Counted from the first letter of the stretch, positions 11,517 to 25,982 are shown. The stretch: 64,000 nucleotides of DNA from Octopus sinensis (GCF_006345805.1 NC_042997.1:51522001-51586000); one strand, 5' to 3'. Numbers and translations are program-made. The notes: generated from the sequence alone by a model not told the origin.

Positions 11517-12554
11517 CTGTAAGAAACAAGAACTTGTTGCAAACAGATCATGTGGCAGAACTCAATCAAATGTCAGTTACTAAAGTATATCTATTTATAT
11601 GTGAAATCAATCTTGAGAAGTGAGTTTATCAGTTTATTAATGCTTTCAGATACTAGCAAACTCTTAGAGCAAGTGTCTTTATTGATGTGAGGTTTTCCTA
11701 CAACTAAATCTTACAGCACGAGAGACCGGTTGCTGCAAGAATATAAAATGCATGGAAACTGCAGCCCACTGGAATTCAGAGCTATGCTGCTATGGCAGTG
11801 CTTGATACCAAAACCCACACATTGCACAGGAGCTTTCAGCACATGTTTTATCAACATATGAATCAAGCTTATAGAAGTATTTCTATACCTCTGTAGAAAT
11901 AACCTTCAACTGGTAGAGTATACTTTCAAAATCTGAGTGCAGATATTTTCAGTTGCTTTTACCGTTGATGGTGTAATGGACCAGTCATTGGTTTGTTGAA
12001 ACACTCTTTGAACTCAATTGTTCTATAAAAGATGTTATGCAAAGACTAATGCTGTCATATCTGTGAATGCCTGATGCCATGATTCACATATTGAATGAGA
12101 GCTTTCTGCATTTGGCTATTAATAGATGGAACAAACTTTTGGAAGATACAATTGCAGCTACCTCAGTGGATGGACCTCTAACTTTCAAAACCATGGTGCA
12201 CAAACAGTTTGCCACCGTCACTGTTGATAATGCAGGGAGCAATTGATTGATTTATTGAACTCCTTTCTGAGTTCATACAAGCAAGCCTATTTTCCTAAAC
12301 GCTATGAAAAGTAATGAAGTAAACAAGAAGACATTAAAAACATGTAAATCTAGAGTAAAGTAATTAGTAAATGTCAACAACATTATTGTATAAGAATAAT
12401 ATATGTACATACGTAATGCATACATACATACATGCATGCATGTGTGTGTGTGATAAGTACCAGGCTTTAAAAAAGCACTGGGGTCAGTTCATTTGACTAA
12501 AAATTCTTCAAGGTGGTGCCCCAGTATGGCCACAGTCTAATGACTGAAACAAGT

Positions 12555-12844
12555 ATATATATAATAATTGATAACATATATATAATAATTAAATATTATT
12601 ATGTATATAATAATTAGATATTATTATGTATATAATTATTTATACTGTGTACCATTGGCGATTTTTTTTCCTCTGTCTTCCCTTCTCTGGATCTTTCCTT
12701 TTCCTATGTTTCTGACTAAGAGCTCCGCTCGAAACGTTAAACCCTCCTTCTTCCCTTCCTTCCTGAGCGTCCAATAATACTATATTTGTTCCACATCCTC
12801 GCGTTGTTGTGTTTTCTCTTTGTGTTTTCATGTTGGATTAACTT

Positions 12845-12876
<32 letters not shown>

Positions 12877-13110
12877 ATATTATATAATTAGATATATATA
12901 TATATATAATTAGATATAATTAGATATAATTAGATATTATTATGTATATAATAATTATATATATATAATTAGATATTATTATGTATATAATAATATATAT
13001 ATATATAATTAGATATTATTATGTATATAATAATTATATATATATATAATTAGATATTATTATGTATATAATAATTATATATATATGATAATTAGATATT
13101 ATATATGACT
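12555..13110. repeat. AT-rich minisatellite (tatatataataattagatattattatg-like unit) interrupted by a PLE remnant
   Basis: Unit present on both sides of 12640-12845. Confidence 0.85.
12640..12845 (+). mobile_element. PLE-type terminal remnant carrying a hammerhead-like motif (12708-12742)
   Basis: gtttCTGACTAagagc-tcc-gctcGAAACGTTaaac. Confidence 0.6.
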
Positions 13111-13224
13111 TTCTTTAGGTTGGCCGCCCTGCACTTGCTTGCTAAAAAGTGATACTCTTGTGGTTACATAACCAAGATTTGACCTTGATCACTCCAGTTT
13201 TCTTTCTTGTGTTACAGAATAAAA

Positions 13225-13594
13225 ATGGCCACTCCATTGGCAGTGTGCACCAAGGAAGAACAGAGATCAATGATCCATGACAAGCTTTGCTTCTGCAAAG
13301 TCTATATGATATGGGTGCCAAGAGAGTTACTGAAGCACATAAGTGCAGTCATGTGGCAATCTGTGAAATCTTAGTCACTACCATGATGAAGGTGAAGCTT
13401 TTTTGGAGAGATAGTCATAGGGGATAAAACCTAGGTCCATCACTTTGAGCCAAAATCCAAAGCAAGCTGGTAGGCTACTGGAAGAAGTGCATTGAAAATC
13501 AAGGAAGCTATAGCGAAAACTGATGTAATTGTTCAACCCCAGCTTATGTTTTAAATTACAGAAATGTTTGCATATAATTTATGACATATCCTCG
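13225..13594 (+). mobile_element. Internally deleted mariner relic
   Basis: MATPLAVCTKEEQRS.., WVPRELTEAHK (WVPHEL), IVIGDKT..HHFEPKSK, YWKKCIENQG; right end gacatatcctcg|TA. Confidence 0.7.
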
Positions 13595-13660
13595 TATACA
13601 CACACACACACACAACATACACAGACATGTCATATGATTAAGAAGTGCTTTTTGCAACTA

Positions 13661-14879
13661 TTGGGTTGGCAACTAAGTTCCTACCATTCTTTAAAAGGTT
13701 TAATAAAAATAATAACTAATTAATCAATAATGTATTCACCCTTGTTGTTTACAACTTTTTCTCTACGTTCAACAAGATTTTCAATACCTTGTTAGTAGAA
13801 ATCACCCGATTTTAACTCAAAAAATTGACCCAACCAAGCTCTTAATTCTGCATCAGTATTGAACAAAACTCCACACATAGCATTTGAAAGAGATTGAAAT
13901 AGGTGGAAATCTGTTGAGGCCAAATCAGGAGAGTACAGTGGATGTGGCAGCACTTCCCAGCCATGCATTTGAATGGCTTCCTTGGTCATATTGGCGATAT
14001 GAGGGTGGGCGTTGTTGTGCAGCAGAAGAACTCCATGCTGCCGATTAGGTCTTTTCTCTTGAATAGCTGTGTTGAGTTGTTCCATCTGTTGAACATAGAG
14101 TTCTGCATTGACTGTTTGGTTCCATTCAAGCAATTCGTTATGGATAATCCCTTTCCAGTCCCACCATATGCACAACATCATTTTACTCGGATGAAGATCT
14201 TGTTTACTGGGGCTAAGCCATTCCTTATGCTGCTTCATATTGAAGTACAGACACCATTTTTCGTCACTGGTAACAATTCGGTTAAAAAATCGTTGCTTGC
14301 GTCCATGAGTTGAGCAGTGATGAGCAAGCAAACCAGCGGAGATTGTGGCTCGTTGATTTTTGTTGTTGTCACTTAAAGCATGCAGAACCCATGCTCCATA
14401 CTTCTGGACCTTTCCCATCGAGTGAAGATGCTTCTCTATAGCAGTGTGGGAGCATTCCATTTTCTCTGCCAGTTCGCTTGTCATTTGACGAGAATTTTCA
14501 TGCAAAAGTTGGTTTAATCACTCTTCATTGAACTCAACTGGACGGCCAGAACGTGGTGCATCTTTGAGGTCAAAATTTCCCTTTTTGAACTTGGCATACC
14601 AATCACAAGCAGTTCTTTCAGCTATGGCACCCTCTCCATACACAGCGCAAATGTCATGAGCAGCTTTTGCGGCCTTAGAACCTTGATTAAACGCAAAAGG
14701 GAGGTGTCGAAAATACTCGTTTTACTTAACTTGACATTCTTGACAAAATAAACAAAAATAACCTAGGAAAAAAAAAACAATAGATTCCAAAATGATTCAA
14801 AAATAGAATTCTTGAAAATTTTTAAATGCAATAAATTCCAAAATTTTAAAACACCGCAGGAACTTAGTTGCCAACCCAA
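13661..14879 (-). mobile_element. Full-length (1219 bp) mariner, D,D34D transposase pseudogene
   Basis: TA|TTGGGTTGGCAACTAAGTTCCT TIRs at both ends; WVLHAL, IVTSDEKW, HNNAHPH (second Asp>Asn), YSPDLASTD with 34-residue spacing; ATG at 14737 followed by stops and a frameshift. Confidence 0.92.
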
Positions 14880-15650
14880 TATGTGTTTTTGGGTTCACAC
14901 AGAACCATGTAGTTCTGTGGACACTGGAAAAGTGTTTTCTACTATAGAGTTGAGTTGACCAATACTTTGTGATTCAAAAATTGATAGACTGAAACTGTGC
15001 AGAAAACCATTATACATGTCAAGTATGTGTTGGTGTTTGTGAAAATCAATGAAAATTTTTTGTGCGATTCACTCCACAAGGTGATGTTATTCTCTACAAA
15101 TAGATGTAACCCAAGGTAAACAAAGCCATTCAATAAATAGATTAGATATTATATAATTGATTAAAGCCCTATCAATTATTATCTTATTATGGTTGTTGTC
15201 TAATGACATATATAATAATGTAAACATTACTCCTTATTAATGGATATTAAATAAATTTATGTTATGTTGTGAAACTATAGTCACGCGATATGTTCAGATC
15301 TTACACATCATTATCATCACCATCATTTTACACTTTCCATGCTGGCATGGTTTGGAGAGGCTCTCATGGTACAAGTCAGTTTTTATTGAAGTTACAGTTA
15401 TGGTTTCTTTTGCTGGATTCCTTAATGTCAGCCACTTTATAGAGTGCACTGGGTACATTTTATTGTGACGGCAGCACAGGAGAGACTGTCATGTTCTGGA
15501 AAAAACTGGAGTTTTCTCTGTTCCATGTTGTTTCTGTGGACATATTGGATGTATTTAATCATGAAAAAAATAACTAGAGAGTTTATTTTGTTCCTTGTAA
15601 AATATATATATATACATATACATAAGTGTATATATGTATGTGTGTGTGTG

Positions 15651-15833
15651 TGTTATAATTTAGAACAAACAGTAAAAGGTCATTATAGTACTCGGAGTTT
15701 CAAATGCTGATGCAAAGAGCTATGATACATTGTTATCAGCTATTAATGGTAACAGACGCTATGAAAATCCGTTAAATAATAGGGAAGTAACTCTAATAGG
15801 TGGAAAAAGAAAACAGATAAAAAACATGCAACC
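15651..15833 (+). repeat. About 185-bp repeat; inverted copy at 17758-17945
   Basis: gttataatttagaacaaacagtaaaagg...agggaagtaactctaatagg...gcaacc aligns to the reverse complement of 17758-17945. Confidence 0.8.
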
Positions 15834-16018
15834 ATATTCTCACGATACATAGACATAAACATCCTGCATTCACAATGTCTACTACATATGTACACGCTCA
15901 CACAAACAGGAATTCGCACACAAACATATGTGTATGTACCCATACATGCACACATGTATATATATGTATGCAACCACGTCCTCATATACACATAGGTGCT
16001 TACATGAATACACATAAC

Positions 16019-16088
<70 letters not shown>

Positions 16089-16127
16089 CATACATTCACA
16101 CTCCCACATACACATATATATATTTGT

Positions 16128-16165
<38 letters not shown>

Positions 16166-16487
16166 ACAGATATATATATGTGTGTGTTTGTATGCGGGAG
16201 TGTGAATGTATGTCTATATATACATATATATATGCATATAAATATCTAAATATATATGTATTATGTTACATGTATGCATGTAAGCACTTATGTGTATATG
16301 AGGATGTGGTTGTATACATATATACATATATTTATACTTGTGTGCATGTGTGTGTGTATGTATGAGTACGTACATACATATGTTTGTGTGTGTGTGGGGG
16401 GGGGAATACATGTTTATGTGAGTGTGTACATATGTAGACATTGTGAACGCAGGAAGTTTATGTTTATGTATTGTGAGAATATCATCA

Positions 16488-17757
16488 TCATCATCGTTTA
16501 ATGTCCATTTTCGATGCTGGCATGGGTTGGATGGTTCAACTGGGGTCTGGGAAGCCAGGAGGCTGCACCAGGCTCCAGTTTGATCTGGCAGTGTTTCTAC
16601 AGCTGGATGCCCTTCCTAACACCAATGACTCCGAGAATAGTGGGTGCTTTTTACAGGCCAGAGGGGGCTGGAATTGACCACAATTGGATGGTGCTTTTTA
16701 TGTGCTAATTAGTTGGGCTATGTCCCTCTCCATGACCTTCTTTGCCTGATCCTGCAGTTTGATACTCCTGTAGTTATTTCTGTCTAAAACATCACCTTTA
16801 CTCTTGTAGCAGTTAACTATGATGCTACTATGCCAGTCATTGGGTATGACTCCATCATGAACTACCCGGTTTACAATATGGGTGACTAGGCCATAGCCCA
16901 CATAGCCAGCTGTTTTAAGCATCTCAGCAGTGATTCCTGATGGACTGGGGGCTTTTCCTGGCTTCGTACCCATAATTGCTTTATCTAACTGGGGCTGTCT
17001 ATTCGGATAGCTGGTCCCTCTACTGGGTCAACATTTGGCAGGCTCTCTTACCCCCATTCATTCTCCACATTCAGCAGTCTTTCATAATGGCTTCTCCAAG
17101 CCTCTTTCTTTTCCAAATCACTAAAAACAAGTGCACCATCATCCATGCTGAGACATTTCTTTACTGTGACATCATAATGTTCTCTCACACACTGTCTTGC
17201 AATCCAAAATACTTCAGTTCTTTGGTCCTCACGTCGCTGGACATTGGCAAACTTCTTTCTGCTTCTCCCTTGGCTATGTATACCTGCCGCCCAGTCTCCC
17301 TTCTGGCTATCTGGTACAGTTCCCTACTACCACCACTCTTCCAGGCTTTCCAGGCCTGTTTCTTTGCTCTAATGGCTTTGTCTACTGTATTATTCCCCCA
17401 CCATGTTACTTTGCACCATCCACAGACTTGGTCTGTGGCACTCAGTAAGCTGTCCTATAGGAATTTCCAGCTACCTTCCATGTCCGAGGTCTGTAGCACC
17501 TCCTCATCAAATTTTTGGATGAGGATGTCCCTAAATCTCTGACCATGTGAAGGGTTCTTTAGCTTCCAAATCCTTCTTTTCTGGATTAGTCTGCTTCTTG
17601 GCATCTTTCTCGCCTTCAGTCTAAAGTCACTAATAACTAGTCTATGCTGCGGGGTACATTCTTCACCCGAGAGGGTTATTATATTTAGAAGCAACTCTGC
17701 GTCCCGCTGTCTGGTGAGGATGAAATCTATCTGGCTAGCAAAGTCACCTGATTGATA
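16488..17757 (-). mobile_element. Internally deleted RTE LINE (end of APE endonuclease, linker, start of RT, then 3' tail)
   Basis: DFILTRQ..EECTPQHRLVISDF; MGTKPGKAPSPSGITAEML..IPNDWHSSIIVNCYKSKGD..NNYRSIKL; joins the (GAT)n tail at about 16705. Confidence 0.85.
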
Positions 17758-17945
17758 GGTTGCGTGTATTTTTTGTCTTTTTTCTTTTTACACCTATTAG
17801 AGTTACTTCCCTTTTATTTAATGGATTTTTGTAGTGTCTGTTGCCATTAATAACCAACAAGAAGATATCGTAGCTCTTCGCTCTGATATTTGAAACTCTG
17901 AGTACTATAATGACAACCTTTTACTGTTTGTTCTAAATTATAACA
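17758..17945 (-). repeat. Inverted partner of 15651-15833
   Basis: See 15651-15833. Confidence 0.8.
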
Positions 17946-19857
17946 TATATAAATAATCCTCTATTCTCTAATATTGAGGTCTCATTCTTTTGTTGTTACA
18001 TTTTATTATATATACACATGCTAGCATGGAAAACGGACATTAAATGATGATGATGATGATCACACACACACTTACAAACATGCATATAATCATTAACATA
18101 TATCCATACAGACATATCTATAATATGTCTGTGATTGTTTCTTTGTGAGTGTGTATGTGAATGATTCAGGTTCAGATGGATTATTGCTGTTGTCAGAAAG
18201 AGGAACAGATAGCCACAGAGAGTGAGGTGGAGACAGCAGAAAGAGATTGAAGAAATTTTTCTAAATTTACTGACCTACATGGAAGATTGTGGTGTTGTGA
18301 TGTATATATCAACATAATATAATCTTTTCACAATATCCCTTCTCTTTCAAGGCAATCATAACCAAGGAGAGTGATGATGAAAGGAGTGAAAGGGGAGGGT
18401 GTGGTATGATGGGAGAAACACAGTGATAAGTGGAGATGTAATAGAAGAGAGACAGTACTAAGCACATGTTGGTTCTTCGTAAAGAGAGTGAATAAGAAAC
18501 ATCACAGCAACATGATAAAATAGTGGAGATGAGTGGCAGAGAGCAGGTGATGGACAGCATTCAGGATGGGCAATGTCAAGTGGCAATGGTAGTTGTCATT
18601 GGCATAGAGTCATGTGGATAGAGAGCGACAGTTTATGGTAATGAAGAATGACATTAGGGAGTACTGGATATAGACAGTTTTAGTGCCATCCCTTGTTATA
18701 CATACATCTTAGCAAAAGAGAGGTAGTTTGATTGAGAGGTGAAGGTGGAAGAGGTACTGAGTAATAATGGATCTTTGTGGTGAGATTAAATATGAACAGA
18801 TTAAATGGTATTCCTCATTACACAGGCAGCATGATGCAGCAGATAGACAGAGTGAATGATAAATGAGAGGGTGAGGAAGAGGCCAATTGATGGAAACTTA
18901 GCAGGAATACAAAGAGCAAGAGATGCAATGTCCATATATTATACATCCTAACTCTACCCCTCCTTGACCATTTTAAAACTGTTTTGCTAGGCTTGCACTA
19001 GGATATATATTTTTTGTTAAACATTTCTCCTTGATAAAGACATGTTTCTAAATTTGCTGGTCTGCAGGAAAGACTCTAGTGTTGACATACATACATACAT
19101 ACATACATACATATGTGTGCATATAAATATGTATGTACACATATCAACCAATTAACCACAAAGTTGACATATACATAAAAATGATATATATTTTCTTTCA
19201 TGTTCACTGTCACACATGCTTACTTATACATAGAAGCAATACACATACACGCATACATGCATATGTACAAACATATAAATATATATGCATATACACAAGC
19301 ATAATATATTCACTAACATATATGCTATGTATATATCTATGTATGGTTGTCGGTTTGTGAGTGTGTATGCATATTAATCAAGGTTGGACGAATTATTGTT
19401 GATGTCAGAAAGAGGGACAGACAATCACACACACACAAAGTTTGTGCTAGGTGCATACATATGTATTTTATCTTTCATGTACACTATCACATATACACAA
19501 TACATATATGCATGCCCAAACATACATACCCACTCACAAATATATACAAAGACACATACTTCCTCATACATATACACATAAATATACATGCTCTTGCATA
19601 AATGCTCAAGCTCACATATATATTTGTGACATATGCACTCACTACATGGCATAATGTGATATTTTCTATAAACCTAGGAAACACTGGGTATAGCACACTT
19701 TATACTTTGCGAAGATGATATATTTGCTTAAAGATCGCTTAGACTGCTTTGTTACTAAATTCCTTCATATTACACATAGAACAAAAGAAAAAGAGTGAAA
19801 ATTGGTGCTTTTGTTGTAGGCTGTCAATACATTACATTTATTTATACTTTGGATGTT

Positions 19858-20612
19858 TTGAGAGCATAGCTGCTAGAATAAGAATATAGATTGGGCAAAG
19901 TTCAGAGAGCTTTTACCTTTGTTGGCAACTAAGGCTTCTCCCTCTGATTGAAAGACAGATTGTATGATGCCTGTGTGCGAATAGCTATGCTACATGGCAG
20001 TGAAACATAGGCTGCAATGGCAGAGGACATGCAAAGGCTTGAAAGAAATTAATCTAGTATACTCCACTGGATGTGCAGTGTCAGTGTACATGTGCAACTG
20101 AGTGATAGAATCTTGAGAGAAGAATTGGGCATAAAGAGGCATCAGATGTGGTGTGCAAGAGAGATGTCTATGCTGGTATGGTCATGTGATGTGCATGAAT
20201 GAAGACAGTTGCATAAAGAAGTGCTGATCTCTAATTGTAGAGGGAACCTGTGGAAGAGGTAGACCCAGGTGGTGAAGCATGATCTTCGAATGTGGGGTAT
20301 CATGGAGGCGATAAGTGATCGTAACCTTTGGTGATTTGCTGTGCTTGAGAAGATTTGTCAAGCCAAATAAAATTTAAGTTGTGGCTAGTGCTGGTGACAC
20401 ATGAAAGCACCTATGCCAATGACATGTAAATGGCACCCATTACACTCTTGGAGTGGTTGGTATTAGGAAGGGCATTCAGCCACAGAAACCAAGCTAAATT
20501 CAGACTGGAACCTAGTGCAGCTCTCTGGCTTATAAGTTCCAGTCAAGCTGTCTAGCCCATGCCAGCATGGAAAGAGGTCATTAAATAATAATCATCATCA
20601 TCATCATCATCA
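19858..20612 (+). mobile_element. Decayed RTE 3' fragment
   Basis: gcaaagttcagagagct...gctatgctacatggcagtgaaac...gagggaacctgtggaagagg is collinear with 56100-56520, then the tail. Confidence 0.85.
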
Positions 20613-22559
20613 TGAGGAGGAGGAGGAGCCTATGCTGTGCATCCCACTTTTCAAGAATGTGTCAGGTCAAAATCAGTTCACCAGCTATGAACATTGGATG
20701 GCCACATTTGTGTTACACACAGAGAATTGTTTTTCGGATGATGTCTGTTACAAATTGATGATCACTTGGAATCAACAATCACAGAAGTAGATACTTCACA
20801 TTCATCTTTAAATCTTTCAGATAAAACTAAATTGTTTCCTAATACTTTTTGTACTCTTAAAAGAACTAAGAATATATGTACCCCAAAAAAACTACAATAG
20901 ATATTGGAAAAACTTACTGATTAGAAAAATTATTTATTTGCAGTAATTACAGACAATCATCACAGTATTTTTCTTATGGGATGCAGATGGCAAGTGGGTT
21001 AAAAAAAAAAATTTTTTTAACATTTTTATGTTAAGCATTTGTTTCTTTACCTATTAATTTTCAGGTGGCTCAACTTGAACTTGAATACAACAATTTCTAA
21101 TGAATTCTTGGACAAATTGCAGATCAACATTTTTCAAGGAATTCATAAAAAAATATAAATCCAACTACATGTGTCTACATGAATGAATATATGTATGTAG
21201 GACACTTTCCACTTTTTTGTACCCATATATCTGAAATTTTGCACAGAGGTACATCTTTATGGTTCTTTAAGGATATGATATAAGCTCTAACTTTTGATAT
21301 TTTCTATAAAACCAGCTGAAGGAGATGTCTTCCTGGTGCTACAAGCTACAGTAGCATCAACCCTTAAGGGTTAGCCACATTTAGGTGGCAAATATACTTC
21401 ACGATATATATATATATATATTATGTATGAAATGGAATAGAGGAATGTACGCATTGAAATGCATAATTCAAAACATGTAGGCACTCAAAAGGGATTATCA
21501 TGGAATGCAGCAACAGAATATAGAAGGAAGTGTGTAGAGTAAATGAAGATCTAAATAGGAGCCCTGGATTAATATATCAGAACTAAAGTAGGAAAAAATT
21601 GCTTTATGTAAATATATATGCCAAAAAGGTTGTGGAAGAAAAGTATTGGATTAGAAAGATAAGTGATTTCTAAGTCAAGAATAAAATGCAGGGTAAGATA
21701 TAAATACAATTGTTAATAAACAATATATGAGTGTCAGTGTGGAAATTTGAAAGGACTTGGAGTAAAAACAGAGAATATCAAGAATATTAAATACTTGAGT
21801 AAATGGAGTAAATAGGTACCCAAGGCTATGTATATGAAGAGCAGTACTATATAAATTCACTGAGTTTAATAAATAATAAAGCTAATTTAACAAATCTAAT
21901 AAAATGTGGAACAAATATTTGTACTCAGATCACAGAGAAACCTATAAATGTATTAGGCTACATAGTGTATTAAGCTGGTAAAAGATAACAGCAAAATGAA
22001 ACCATCAAAAAACAAGCACTTATGTCTTATAAAAAGAAACAAGAAGAAATGTACAAAGCTATATCCTAGTGCTTATTAAAGTTGGTAATCTTAGCAAAGA
22101 TAATTTCATAAACTTCTTTAGTGCAGAGACTGCATGGCATTCTATTCCATGAATGCAATTTAGTTCTAGAATTCATCATCATCATCATTGTTTAACGTCT
22201 GCTTTCCATGCTAGCATGGGTTGGATGGTTTGACTGAGGACTGGCAAGCCAGGAGACTGCATCAGGCTCCAATCTTATCTGGCAAAGTTTCTACAGCTGG
22301 ATACCCTTCCTAATGCCAACCACGCCGAGAGTGTAGTGGGTGCTTTTTACATGCCACCAGCATAGGGGACAGTCAGATGGTACAAGTATTGACCACGTTC
22401 GAATGACGCTTTTTATGTGCCACTGGTATGTAAAAATTGATTTCCCATTTTAAGTTATAAGGTATATTAGAATACTTAATTCTCAAACATAACTAGGAAA
22501 TAAGGTAAAATTGCTTCTGATAATGATTGGAAATGAATCATGATCATGATCATCATTTT

Positions 22560-23640
22560 CTGTGCCTGTTTCTACCATACTTGCATTAGTTGGATAGGCC
22601 ATCTCGAGAATAGCATCTCTTGATTGTGTTATCTATCACACTGCTTTTAATATGAACTGCTGGTCCTTCTGTAGGGTCAACACGATTTAGTGCCTCTTTA
22701 TGTCATGCATTCTCCATGTTTAGAAGCCTCTCATAATAGCACTTCCATGTCACTTTACTCTTTGTCTCATGAGGACTCTCTTGTCTAGAAGAATAATGCT
22801 TTTGTGTATTGGCATTTTGGGAGAAATTTTATGCATATGGCTTGCATTATCGACACAAGTTCTTTAAGTTTCATGTCATTCTCTTTTATTGAGAGACTTT
22901 TAAGCCAGTTTTATTTTAGGGTCTTTTTCTGGAACCAATTTCCAGTCAGCTTTGTGGAAGTGTAGGTAGGGTAGGCTTTAGGTGCTTCCTGTGAGATATA
23001 CATATTTGATTAGCTTTGTACATACATTGTTAATTATTTACATTATGGTCTCAGAAAATCATTGACCGCACCTTCATATTGTAGATAAATTCCACATTAT
23101 TGGTGAAACTGAGGTTCAAGATGTTTTTGCTCCAGATTGGCAACACTATTATTTGTTCCATGAACATCATTTTAGTGAGATCAAGTTGAGATTCTGCTTA
23201 ATTTCATTCTTTGTATGACATTCTTGAGATTATGTTGCTTCAGGCCATTTGATGTCAGAAAAGTTGAAATTGTCCAACAGAAGTACATTAATTTGTTGAT
23301 CTAACTTTGTTAGTACTTCTTTTATCATTCTAAAGCTTTCCTCCAATTTACAAGAGTAATTTGCAGCATCGTATAGACAATATGATGTACCTATTATCAC
23401 ATCAAGTTGCTTTACCTGCACTATAAGTGTATCATAGACAAAGTTTGAATATGACAATAGAATTAATGTGTGGCATCTTCACAGATGTACATGACAACTC
23501 CACCATGATTTCTTTCTTTTCTGACTGTATGAAGCACATCTCTGTATCATCTATGACTGCACACAGGTGTGTCTTAGTAAGTGTTGTACAAATTGCTTGA
23601 TTGCATGCTGAAAGACCTCCCAAATATGAAATTTTACCTC
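22560..23640 (-). mobile_element. CR1/L2-type LINE endonuclease-region relic
   Basis: INVLLLDNFNFSDIKW (GDFN motif); stops and frameshifts. Confidence 0.6.
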
Positions 23641-24559
23641 TCTTGTTTAGATGTCACCCACCAGAGACCACCTCTATTACTATCTATCACTTACTCTCTT
23701 GCCACTCTCACCTACCATATACCAACCTTGCTATTATTCATCTCTCACTCTCTCTTGCGGTTAGCCATTTCTTTTAATGCCCCATATTCATACTCTTTTA
23801 TCAACATAACATAACATAACAACCTTTTATCAATGACATAACAAGTGCCTGTCATAAAATGCATATAACACAGTGTAAAAGGTGTGGTGTTAGGAAACAG
23901 CCATAATAGTACCCAGCTGAAATGAGATCCTCTGACCCACTTAGACAAGAGGTAAAACTGACTCGGACAATGATAATTAGCTAATCCATGCCAGCTTGTG
24001 AAGCAGACATGAAAATGTTTAAGGAGTAATGTTTGAAAACCAGTCTGAGAAAAGTTGCTAAACTTTTTACTTATTATCATAGAAGTAAAGTTGTCATGCA
24101 GCATTTGGTTCTCAGGAGTAAATGTTTTCTTTCATTGAATCAAGGATAAATTTTGTTAATAAATTAAGAACTAGTTGGCTTATGTAAAGAAAGAGATTGC
24201 CCAAGAAACTGGTTACTAAGAAGTAAATTTAGATCAAAGATATTTACATATAGAAAACAACACAAACAAATTTGTGTAATTAAGAACCAAACTATTTTAT
24301 TGCGTTTTTGTATGAGAAATTAGTTTAGTATCTCTTCTGACACATCACCACTTTTTGTACCATTTGTTGATACTGCTCAGAATTTGTTCACATAATGTAC
24401 TGACTAATTAATATTTTCAGCTTAGTGCAATCCAAAACAAGTTTTGTGTCTCTTTTTTTTTCTTCTTCTTTCTAGTTAGTTTACATTCAAGAGGAAACGT
24501 TCAAATAATTATTCAATGGCCATTTGAATCCATTATAAGTAAATTTGCTTTATATCTTT

Positions 24560-24925
24560 TATCTTTTGCTTGTTTCAGAAATTGGAGAAATTTTTAGTCA
24601 AATGAATTGACTCCAGGACTTATTTTTTTAAAACCTGGTACTTATTCTATTGGTTTCTTTTGCTGCACTGCTAAGTTATGGGAACATAAACACACCAACA
24701 TGTTATCAAGCGGTGGGGTGGGGAGGACAAACACAGACACTCATACACACATATATGTATGCCTGTTGTGTATACACACACACACACACAATGGACTTCT
24801 TTCAGATTCTATTTGCCAAATCCACTCACAAGGCTTTTGTCAGCTCTAGGCTATAGTAGAAGACACTTGCCACACAGTGGGACTGAATCCAGAACTATGT
24901 GGTTGGGAAGTAAGCTTCTTACCTC
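24560..24925 (-). mobile_element. SINE family 1, decayed
   Basis: Collinear with 26211-26617. Confidence 0.75.
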
Positions 24926-25982
24926 ACAACCATGCCTGCATCTAAAGTAAATTAGTTTGATAAAAATAAAATTTGTATCTTTTTTTTTTTTGCCTAAATG
25001 CTTATTTGATAATAAATAAATAAATATAGGAAACAATTTGCCTAAGTTACCTTCAATTACTTGAAGTAAAATTGTTTCCCAACTTTAACAGCAGAGAATG
25101 TTTTTAGTTTCTAGTTTGATCAGCTCCAAACAATTTATTCTCATAGTTTTTACATATTTCACTTTTAATGGCTCAATGTGAAGTTCATTATACATAAGTA
25201 TATAGTGCTTGCTATATTTTTGATATTAATATGGATTGCAAATATTAAGCAGCTAAGTGAAGTTTCCTTGCAAGATTTCAAATAATTCTTTTCTTATAAT
25301 TTCTGTGGATATATATATATATTTGTTTTTAGGTAGGTACAGGCATGGCTGTGTGATAAGAAGTTCACTTCCCAACCACTTGATCTTGGGTTCAGGCCCT
25401 CTGTGTGACACCTTGGACAAGTGTCTTCTCTTCTAGCCTTGGACCAACCAAAGCCTTCTGAGACAGAAACTGAAAGAAGTCCACAATGTGTTTGTGTGTG
25501 TGTGTGTGTGTGTGTACACACACTTGAATCCATGGTCCCAGTGAATGAAGGGCAGTAGTTGCCTTATTATGCTTATGGATTCTAAAAAAAAAAAATGTGT
25601 CAGTAATATAAGTGCAGTTATGGCTGGATAGTGGAAAAGTTTGCTTCATAACTTCACAGTTTGGGGTTCAGTCCTGAGTCCAACTGCTTGATACCTTTGG
25701 TAAGTGTCTTCTACTATAGCCTTGAGTTGACCAATGTTTTGTGAGTTAAATTTGATAGACGTCAGCTGCACTAAGCCCATCATATATGTGTGTCTCTGTG
25801 TCTGCGTTTATAGATAAACCACTCAGAAACACAGTTCTTTTGTTTATACTCCATAACTTAGTAGTTTGACAAATAGATTATAAGTTTATTTATTACCAAA
25901 TGACCCTGCAGAGAGCTCAGTCTGTTTCAGCATCTGTGACAATAGCCTGATTTACATTAAAAGGCATATATATACATATATA

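Noticed and set aside
11700-12290. Possibly a very decayed Tc1-like relic on the minus strand
   Set aside because: No catalytic motif or TIR could be read with confidence
12555-13110. Regular repeat array as CRISPR
   Set aside because: Eukaryotic AT minisatellite without unique spacers or cas genes
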